Source: Octopus sinensis (Eukaryota). Taken from it: 64,000 nucleotides of DNA. The notes below the pieces were generated by a model. It ran no database searches. It was not told where the DNA came from and saw only the letters and a list, made by a program, of their open reading frames with translations. Each line of letters begins with the position of its first letter. Position 1 is the first letter of the stretch. Both the position numbers and the translations under genes were made by a program. The stretch is from NCBI RefSeq assembly GCF_006345805.1, contig NC_043001.1:111662001-111726000 (forward strand), read 5' to 3'. Below, in pieces: positions 54,508-64,000 of the stretch.

Positions 54508-54657
54508 CACACCAAGCAACATAGTTTCTTTTCAAATTCTGCATAAATGTCATCGTTTACATATAAGTTAGCATGGAGAGCGCGAGCTGTGCATGTGATT
54601 TTTACAGTCTGTCTTATACCTGTTAAATTGATACCGACTACATCTTCCGGTGAATGT
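54508..54657 (-). other. Candidate 150-nt phase 2-2 coding exon, unknown protein
   Basis: Acceptor ggttttcctacag, donor GTG|gtgaga, open frame HSPEDVVGINLTGIRQTVKITCTARALHANLYVNDDIYAEFEKKLCCLV in non-repetitive sequence. Confidence 0.35.
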
Positions 54658-54959
54658 CTGTAGGAAAACCTGGAGGTGGTCATAGGATTAAAAGAGGTCT
54701 GGTACGAACTTATGTGACCAAATCTTCTCCAAAATGTCACTCAAGTTTCCTTAAATTTCGTGAGGCGAGGGATTTTAGAGGTTTAGTGTATTAAATTTGC
54801 AGCATTACATTCCTGGTATTTGAACTCATAACGTGGAGAGTTGAAATTAATTGCTAAAGCGCATTCAGTCAAACTCTCTAAGTTTTCAGACGTTCACCAT
54901 ATGTTTGGCACGTAATTATGATTTTGTAATTAGAGCCATCAGGTGGGATACTTAAGTGT

Positions 54960-55320
54960 AAGAAAGGAAGGAGTAAAGGAGGGCAAAATAGAGAGGAGGA
55001 AGAAAGAGAGAAGAGGAGGAAAGAGAGGGGGAGGAGAGAGTGGAAGAGAGAGAGAGATGATGAGGAGAGAGGAGGAGGAGGGGAGAGAAGGAGAGCGAGA
55101 GGAAGAGAGTGAGAGGAAGGGAGAGAGACGAGGAAGGCGAGAGGCGGAGTAGCGAGGAAGAGAGAGGAGGAGAGAGAGAGGAGTAGCGAGGACGAGAGAG
55201 GTAGGAGAGGGAGGAGGAGGGAGAGGAGTAGAGAGGGGAGAAGAGAGAGAAGAGAAGAGAGGGAGTAGAAGAGAGAGAGAGAGAGTGAAAGAGAGAGAGA
55301 GAGAGAGGAGAAAGAGAGAT
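54960..55320. repeat. GA-rich polypurine low-complexity tract
   Basis: Almost exclusively G/A over ~360 bp. Confidence 0.9.
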
Positions 55321-55724
55321 ATGACTATATGTTTATCTGTTTTCAAACACATGAATGATACCAGATGAAAGACCGTCCTTCGGGTGGTTTTCTGCTAGTT
55401 GCTATGTGATATTCACCCCTTTGAACCCCAATTTGTGTAATTTTTCCACTATGTTATGTCTAATTTTTCTTTGTCTTTTTTATTGGTTTAATGGTAGTAT
55501 TCACCTAATAAATAAATTTAGGGCGTAATTACAGAGTTTGTTTCCTCATAACTTTCTGAAAAATGGATACTTTCTTTTAATGACATTCTCTACACATCGA
55601 AAGTGGTTATGGAAACATTTTTCGATGTGGTTGAAAGAAGAATTTGAAATAATTTACCTTCCTCGACATTGTTTCCTCATAACGTTTAGAAAACGATATG
55701 TTTTTAATGAAAAATTCAGCAAAT

Positions 55725-55896
55725 GAGTGGCTGTGTGGTAACTAGCTTGCTTACCAACCACATGGTTTCGGGTTCAGTCCCACTGCGTGGCACCTTGGGC
55801 AAGTGTCTTCTACTATAGCCTCGGGCCGACCAAAGCCTTATGAGTTGATTTGGTAGACGGAAACTGAAAGAAGCTCGTCGTATATATGTATATGTA

Positions 55897-55927
<31 letters not shown>

Positions 55928-55945
55928 GATATATATAATATATAT

Positions 55946-56002
<57 letters not shown>

Positions 56003-56201
56003 TATATATATACAGATATATATGTATATATAACCAAGAAAAAAGCAACAAGAATGGATTAGTAGTTAGTTGCTTTTTTCTTGGTTATAATCACTCCACA
56101 TTATTTTATGGTTAATACCATAAAGAATTCTGGTGCATCTAAGTTAAGTACCATATTCATTTGAATTCATTAGAATTCACTTGAATCTTAATTGTTTTTG
56201 C

Positions 56202-56261
<60 letters not shown>

Positions 56262-56460
56262 TGTGTCTGTGTTTGTCTCCCCCAACATCGCTTGACAACC
56301 GATGGTGGTGTGTTTACGTCGCCGTAACTTAGCAAAATAGACCGATAGAATAAGTACTAACCTTACAAAGAATAAGTCCTGGGGTCGATTTCCTCGACTA
56401 AAGGCAGTGCTCCCGCATGGCCGCAGTCAAATGACTGAAACGAGTAAAAGAGTAAAGAGT
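55725..56460 (+). mobile_element. SINE family A split by a ~170-bp insertion in its internal microsatellite
   Basis: 5' half 55725-55880, TA tract, foreign segment ~56030-56200, TA/TG tract, 3' half to 56460. Confidence 0.8.
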
Positions 56461-57232
56461 AAATATTTCTCAGGTCTGGTAGATAACGTGTTTATCGGAG
56501 CTTAATGTGAATAATAATAATATAAAAAAGAATGGTTGGGATTTTTGTCGTACACTATATCACGCTCATACTGCTTCAAGTGTACAAGTGTTCGTGGAAT
56601 AGCCAGCGATATACAGTAAGAATAAATAGCTGAAGGGAAGCAGGTATTGTCAGTCTATTAAGAAGTTAATTTATTTCCCAACCAGCATGACTGAACTCAG
56701 AAACTTATAGTTCTGAGATCAGTCATCTTGCCCCGCGCCTTAATCAAAAGAGTGCGGTCCTAGAGGAGAAGAATTTGAATATAGATAGATATAGGGTGTT
56801 TTAAAAAATGTACACATATCGAATAAAATCAGCGTTTATCAAAGAGTATTTCCTTGATAAAATTTAATAGAAGTTACATACAAAACCTTAATTCTTTAGG
56901 AAGGCCTGGTTTCAGACTGATAGCCATTGTAGTCCAGGTACAGCTGATAATGTGAAACAATAGAATTGCCAATACCAAGAAATATTTCGTTCGGCATTTA
57001 TGCGTATTCTCGATCAATTGCTACCCTCAATTCGTCGAGTATTGCCAGCTTTGTGCTGTGAACTTAATATTTTAAGTGTCACTCTAAAAATTCCAGTAGT
57101 GTGAAGTCCGATGAAGGCGGAGGGTATTCTGCTGAATGTTCTCGTCCATTCCGCCTGTTCACTAATGGTACCATCAAAATGAATGATCCAATTAATCTTT
57201 TTGATGATGAGCTTCCCCATACTTCCCCATAG

Positions 57233-57378
57233 GGGCAGGAGTGGCTATGTGGTAAGTAGCTTGCTTACCAACCACATGGTTCCGGGTTCAGTTCCACTGC
57301 GTGGTACCTAGGGCAGGTGTCTTCTACTATAGCCTCGGGCCGACCAAAGCCTTGCGAATGGATTTGGTAGACGTCGTA
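57233..57378 (+). mobile_element. SINE family A 5' half
   Basis: Matches family A head. Confidence 0.8.
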
Positions 57379-57394
57379 TATATATATATATATA

Positions 57395-57761
57395 CTAGCA
57401 GTATCGCCCGGCGTTGCTCGGGTTTGTAAGGGAAATAACTATAAAGCATTTTAGAGAGTTATAGCCAAAAAATAGCAAAAAAATGGTGAAAAAAATGATG
57501 GTAAATTTTTTTTGATAGTTAAAAATGTCGAGTTGCGTCCCCTAGACCATCTGTGGTTTGTGTTTCTGATTGTCGACCCCATGTCGAATTTATCGATCTT
57601 TTTCAGAACTGGGGGAACTTTTCAAAATTTTCGCTGCGTTAGTTTTGAATTATGACATTGGGCTATGTGTGTGTCAAGTTTCATCAGAATCGGGTGAAAG
57701 CCGTGGTCAGAGTGAGGGTACAACCAAACAGACACACAGAAACACACACAGACAAACTGCC

Positions 57762-57770
<9 letters not shown>
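57395..57770 (-). mobile_element. Non-autonomous Helitron
   Basis: Minus-strand 3' end cccgagcaacgccgggcgatactgCTAG (hairpin plus CTAG); 5' end tatataaacggcagtttgtctgtgtg emerging from a TA tract. Confidence 0.8.
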
Positions 57771-57858
<88 letters not shown>

Positions 57859-57866
57859 TGTATGTA

Positions 57867-57938
<72 letters not shown>

Positions 57939-59016
57939 TGATTCAACTCAAATTCCAAACCGTTGTCTTCGCGTTTCTTACATATTGTAAGATAAGTGTA
58001 AAACTTGAACTGTACAGCAGTCACTTTATATAGTAGACAGCACGAAATATTGCAATAATTTCAAATGATACAAGCAATTCTTAAGAGTTCCATTTAAGAA
58101 ACATATTCAATTGCTTAGGAAGAAGAGAAATGAATTAGAGAGTGATCAAATGGCGAAAAATAGATAGCATAATGGTTTGCAGAATAAAATAAAATAAAAT
58201 AAAATACAAGAAAAGTGAAGAATCACGTAATAATGTTACAAATGAAAGTTTAAAAAATATATAAGAAAATGTCAAGTGACGAAGTTTGTTGTAGATATAC
58301 GATTCCTGAATAGAAAGTGTTAAAGTACGCGTTCTAAGATATTGTTACCATTTGATTTCTATTAAAGTAATTCGTGTCTATAAATAACAGGTGAATAGAT
58401 GGATGATTCTAAACCATATTATAGCATTTAGTTAATGAAATTATAGACAGTGCATAATTATAAAATAACATTTCTGTATTGAATCAAGCAGTATGAAATC
58501 TGAATAGTAAGACACGCACAAGTGTTCTAAAACGCATGGAGTTGCCGTTTTTTACTCGTAGAATGAACTGACGACAAACGTACACATCCAAAAGAATAAT
58601 CTCAAGACACAAATCGGAACACATCTTCGTTGTAAACTTTACATTGATACACAGTAATTCATTCGTTTGCATTAGAGAAAGGAAGAAGATTGCCAATACA
58701 TATCTGTCGTTTCTTTGACTACTTGTCATCGGCTAAATACACTCTCATTCTTCCGCACAGCAAAGGAAATCGCTATTTAAATCAACCACAAGCAAAAACT
58801 TAACTGTTATAGTCGTTCGTCGGCTGTATGATTAAATGATAAATATTTAGAAATGTACAACTTTACGTTGTGAAACTACGGCTTATTAAAACTATCGTTT
58901 TGAAACCTCAAACAGATGTAAATAGACAATTTCTTCCCTACACGTACGATTATCAACCCTGTAATTAACTGTTATGTGAAAAATCTGATATGCACGCAAA
59001 CACGCACCCACACATT

Positions 59017-59058
<42 letters not shown>

Positions 59059-59061
59059 TTG

Positions 59062-59420
59062 TGGCACTCCGTCGGTTACGACGGTGAGGGTTCCAGTTGC
59101 TCTGATTAACGTGCAAGTTGCTGATCATTCCACCTGTACCCTTAATGTAATTCTCGGGGAGATTCAGCATGATACAGGATGTGACAAGGCTGGCCCTTTG
59201 AAATACAAGTACAACAGAAACAGGAAGAAAGAATGAGAGAAAGTTGTGAGAATGAGAGAAAGAGTACAACAGGGTTCACCACCACTACCCCCAGCCGGAG
59301 CCTCGTGGAGCTTTAGGTATTTTCGCCCAATAAGCACTCAGAGCGCCCGGCCTGGGAATCGAAACTGTGATCCTACGACCGCAAGTACGCTGCCCTAACC
59401 ACTGGGCCATTGCGCCTCCA
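59062..59420 (-). mobile_element. SINE family C, full length
   Basis: Reverse-complement match to 7145-7519. Confidence 0.85.
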
Positions 59421-59802
59421 CACACACACACACTCACACATACACACACTCACACATACACACATTCACACACACTCACACACACACACACATATATATT
59501 CAATTATGAATTAAAAGAAGCGCTAGTGTTGTAAACATTATCGACCACTCATACTCAATGTTTATATTTTGTCTGTTCGCCGGTGCAACGCCGCAGTATA
59601 CCAGTGAATGGTTTTGCACTCTATATAGTCATAAACTGGTGATTCGACTCGTCTCCGGTTCGATTCAGGCACGTGATGCTGATTAGCCAAAAACAATGCG
59701 AAATATCGATAGCCATCACTCCTTTATGGGATTGGAGTTGTCTCGCCTGTCTATGACTCAGGAGTTTTAACACACATACTTATATACATACATGCATACA
59801 TG

Positions 59803-59836
<34 letters not shown>

Positions 59837-59888
59837 TATATACATACATGCATACATACATCTATACATACATCTATACATACACACA

Positions 59889-59919
<31 letters not shown>

Positions 59920-59921
59920 CA

Positions 59922-59974
<53 letters not shown>

Positions 59975-59984
59975 TATATATGTA

Positions 59985-60155
59985 TACACTGGCTAAATAC
60001 CAATCCTGAGAAATTAGGCTTCTCAAAACCAGAAAGGAGAAAGCTAATTCGAATGATACAGATCCAATCCATCACTGGAACTGTAAAAACCTGTAAAACT
60101 TGCCAGAAATTAATGAATTAAATATATATGAGCATGTCCAGATATGTAACTATAT
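59985..60155 (+). mobile_element. RLE-type LINE extreme 3' fragment (same family as 46150-46690)
   Basis: WLNTNPEKLGFSKPERRKLIRMIQIQSITGTVKTCKTCQKL plus 3' UTR matching ~46550-46720. Confidence 0.8.
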
Positions 60156-61519
60156 GCATACATGAAACATACAAATCAGCACATACATACATACGTACAT
60201 ACATACATACATACATACATACACACATACATACATGCATACACACATACATACAAGCAAAAATACTCATTTGTTGATATTGAAATTCCAATGAACCTTG
60301 GATCTAGGTTAGAAACCGGCCCTTTTTCTATTGGCAAGAAATCTTGAAATAAACTGAATAATGACATTCCTGCTTACATACATACATACATACACTCACA
60401 CACAAGCACACATACACACACACAAACACACACATACGAAACGATTTTTATTGTTAGTTCATCTCAAAGAGAATCTGAAATTTTACTATAACACTGTGAA
60501 ATTCGGAAAGTCAACTAACGTCGCTTATGGTAAACATTTGACACCCTCTGAACATAACAGCAACACATAAAAACAAATACTCGAATAAAGAAAAGATCAA
60601 CAGCGTCTAATTTTGGAAAGAAAATTATTTTAGATAGCATAACATTTGTTTCCTTTTTCGAGCAATGAAGCACGACAATGTATTGGACTTGATCAACATT
60701 ATTTGCGAAGAATCAATGTTATGTTTGAAGAGGAGAAAACAGCTGAATACTTATTTTAAAATATTCTAATTCGGATCACGTAATGATCCTTATACGAATC
60801 TTTATATGCACCCGTTCGGACATCTAGTTTGTTTCTTTGTTTACTTTCAAATTATTTAGATTTTGTTAAAATTTCATATTCGCTTGTTTGTGTGTTGAAA
60901 AATTTTTTTAGAATTTCTTTCAAAAACATTTCTGATTGTTTTGTCAGTTTATCGTTTGTGGATTCATTTATTCGTTGATTCAGCCATATTTGTAATACAT
61001 TTCCTATTGTCTCTTCGTTTTATTCATTCTTTATCCACCTAAATTATTCTATACACGCAGTCATATTTTTAAGTGGCGTTTCTTATACGTTTCGTATGAT
61101 ATTCATAATACTCACAATGGCGTCATTGTAAATTACTAAAATAAATAAATAAATAATTTAAAAAGCAACAGAAATTCTGTAGGTTACTTTTTCATATATG
61201 ACTGAATATATATTTATTCAGTTCCATTTTGTTCTTGGATGATAGATAAAATTATTGAAGAAACCACTTGAAAAACACACAAGTAAATTAAGGTTAAACA
61301 AATAAATCATTGAAAACTAAATTAAACGTGTCTTGTGTCTCCTGTATACAAAATACTGCTTTTGAACGGACTTCGTTTTCATTCCTGATCATGTAATACA
61401 GCAGCTATTCGTGATGTTCCTTGAACGAGTTTACATTTTCGATCCCGAAGGCTCACCACATTGACCTCAGATCAAGTAGAATATATTACTGAAATTTGTG
61501 TTTAGATAAAAAGGAAATC

Positions 61520-61718
61520 TACAGCTCTATATTTAAGAGATGAGGAATTCTGTACATTATTTACATTATTTACATTCGACGGATATTCGTTCTCATCTTG
61601 TTGTTAACACAACGTTTCGGCTGATATACCCTCCAGCCTTCTTCAGGTGTCTTGGGGAAATTTCGAACCTGGGTTCTCATTCCTAAGGTATTTTTCGATG
61701 TTGTTGTTGTTATTATTA

Positions 61719-61788
<70 letters not shown>

Positions 61789-61868
61789 GTGTTCAGGTCA
61801 CTGCTTAACTCGGAATCTTGGGGGTAAGTAACCCGCGCTCTTAACCACTACGCCATATGCCCGCGGGC
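61520..61868 (-). mobile_element. tRNA-headed SINE-like element carrying a hammerhead ribozyme
   Basis: rc: gcccgcgggcatatggcgtagtggttaagagcgcggg (perfect A-box TGGCGTAGTGG; B-box damaged), (AAT)n, body, HHR, then aatgtaaat repeats. The 3' boundary is approximate. Confidence 0.7.
61606..61651 (-). ncRNA. Minimal type I hammerhead ribozyme
   Basis: GACAC-CUGAAGA-A-GGCUG(GAGGGUAUAU)CAGCC-GAA-ACGU-U-GUGUU: 5-bp stem I, intact core, 5-bp stem II, palindromic stem III ACGU. Confidence 0.75.
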
Positions 61869-61898
61869 AGTGACCTGAACACTAACAATAATAATAAT

Positions 61899-62400
61899 CT
61901 GGGTGTTGATGTCAAGGAAAAGCAACACAATGGGAGTGACAAAAGAAAACATCCATGGTGGAAAAGAAGAATAGAGGCAGGGTTAGACATGCTCTGGAAG
62001 GAAATATCTGTGTTAGACCGAAAAGAGAAAGGGGAGCTTAAAAGCGAACAAAAATACAGGGCGCTGAAAAGGAAGTATAATATTGAATGAAAGGGCCTGA
62101 AAGTGGTAATGGAGGAACTGAAACAGCGCCTCGTTGCAAATAAAGCAAAGATGGTAAGATACGACCATAGAATGAAGTGTTACCACCAGAATAGGTTATT
62201 CAGAATAGATCAGAAGAGATTCTATAAAGAAATAAATGGAGAGTGTACAGAAGAAAAGTTGATACCAGATAACATTGAAAGTCAAAGGTTTTGGAGTGAC
62301 ATTTGGAGCAAAGACAAGAAGCACAAGAAGGATGCCGGGTGGTTGCAAGAACTGAAACAAACAGTAGTCTGTCCAAAACAGGCGGAACTAGTCATTTCAT
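61899..62400 (+). mobile_element. R4/Dong-like non-LTR retrotransposon ORF fragment (upstream of RT)
   Basis: PWWKRRIE...EELKQRLVANKAKMVRYDHRMKCYHQNRLFRIDQKRFYKEING...ESQRFWSDIWS...DAGWLQELK, typical of the R4/Dong pre-RT region; one in-frame stop. Confidence 0.8.
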
Positions 62401-62990
62401 ATCCGAAATAATTATATGCTTCATAAAAGCAACCAAACTTTTGAAGTCGATATAGAAATCCTTTTTATATTTTTTATACATTTGGACAAGTTCGCACATT
62501 CTGGGAAATAATAAAGTTAATTAAAAGTATTCCAATTTTCCCACTTAAAGACCGAAACTTGAACAGTGGAAGACAAAGTCGGCGTCGCCAGAATTTGAAA
62601 TCAGAATGCAAGGATAGGTAAATAGTTATTGGGCGACGCTCTGTTATTCTGTCATTCCAACGCCTTTATGTTGGAAATCAATATTAGACTAGGTATAATG
62701 TTATGACTCTTTGACTAATTGCAACCAGTGGAAGTATACATCCCAGACGTTCGAGCGGTATTTACTGATATTGATGTGGTAGGTTTCCTCAGTAACTTAC
62801 TATCATCAACAGAATGTTAAGTGGTTGAAAAAGTGGAAAATATATAAAAGGAAGAAAAAAGAAACAGAAAATACATTGAGGCGTCTTTATGAACGTATAG
62901 CTCTGGTTTGATGTCTATCGATTTAACGTTAGATCGTCTGCACTTGAAACAGAGATACATATACATATACATACATACATTCATACATAC

Positions 62991-63064
<74 letters not shown>

Positions 63065-63649
63065 ATGTATGTATATGCTTGTGTGTGTGTTTGTATAGAT
63101 ATACTTATGTACATGTGGAGATATACATAGCTATATAGATATATAGATTAAAAAAAAAATATTTCTCAGTATATTTTGCGATGTATCTTCGTCTAACAGA
63201 GTGCTCAATACTCTGAATTAAAACGAAAATAACGTAGACGGGTATATAGATACTAGGTATAACTACGAGTCGATCACTAACGTTTAAAAAAGAGGAAGTG
63301 AGAAATAAAATCAAAAATCTTTGGCTCAAAATTCAGAGAAATTGCGAGGAAAATAGTCCCGTCAGTACACGCCACGACAGAACGATCTGATGAGACACCT
63401 CCAAGCCCAAGAGCAATGAGACCAGGGTGAAATTGATTACATAGTAAAGAAATTTAGAAAAGATATTCGTACATTAGATGCACATCAGATTCACATGTTG
63501 ATGTCTAAGACAACAACATTGCTTTCCCCACCAAAGCTAAGTGGTCTGTCCTTTAAGAGATTAGGTCTTCAAATTAGTATCAGGCTCTACGAAAGTCGCT
63601 GTTATGGTTATAGAGGACAGACAGAGATTCAAGTTATTGGCGAACACCT

Positions 63650-63990
63650 TAGTTGATATCTCTAAGTATGGCTGTGTGGTTACAAACAGTCCCATTACGC
63701 AACGTCTTGGACATGTATCCTCTACTTTAGCTCCCGATCACCAAATGCACTTTGAGTGAATTTGGTACACGGAAACTGGGAGGAAGCTCACCATTTATAT
63801 TTATATGTGTGCATTTGTGTCTCCTCCACCATCACTTGATAAACAGTATTGGATTATTTAAGCTCCCGTAACATAGCAACCCGGTACCGGGCTTAAAATG
63901 TACTGGGGTCAATATGTTCGCCTGAAACCCTTTCAAGTAATGCTTTAACAGAACTGCAGTGAAATGATTGAAAGAAGTAAAAGAGAAAAG
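63650..63990 (+). mobile_element. Highly degenerate SINE family A
   Basis: tggctgtgtggttac...gtgaatttggtacacggaaactg...gaaatgattgaaagaagtaaaagag. Confidence 0.55.
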
Positions 63991-64000
63991 ATTACGTTAG

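Noticed and set aside
63385-63440. ctgatgagacacc...gggtgaaattg
   Set aside because: Weak stem II, no stem III or NUH triplet.

Overview
Eukaryotic, AT-rich, extremely repeat- and microsatellite-dense genomic DNA with no intact multi-exon gene I can identify. Most ORFs in the supplied track are (TA)n/(TACA)n/(CA)n translation artefacts. The repeat complement looks like an octopus/coleoid cephalopod intron or intergenic region (inference from recalled repeat families). It includes several tRNA-headed SINE families, which I label A-E for convenience, plus Penelope-like (PLE), RTE, CR1 and R4/Dong-like RLE LINE fragments, mariner and hAT relics, Helitron relics and a MITE. The most notable signal is a set of eight minimal type I hammerhead ribozyme (HHR) or HHR-like motifs with self-complementary or near-self-complementary stem III. 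Seven lie between 12.5 and 22.7 kb, five of them inside three long fold-back (inverted repeat) structures near a PLE reverse transcriptase fragment. One lies inside a tRNA-headed SINE-like element at 61.5-61.9 kb that also has a PLE-style inverted terminal tail. Element boundaries were read by eye and are approximate unless TIRs or TSDs are quoted.
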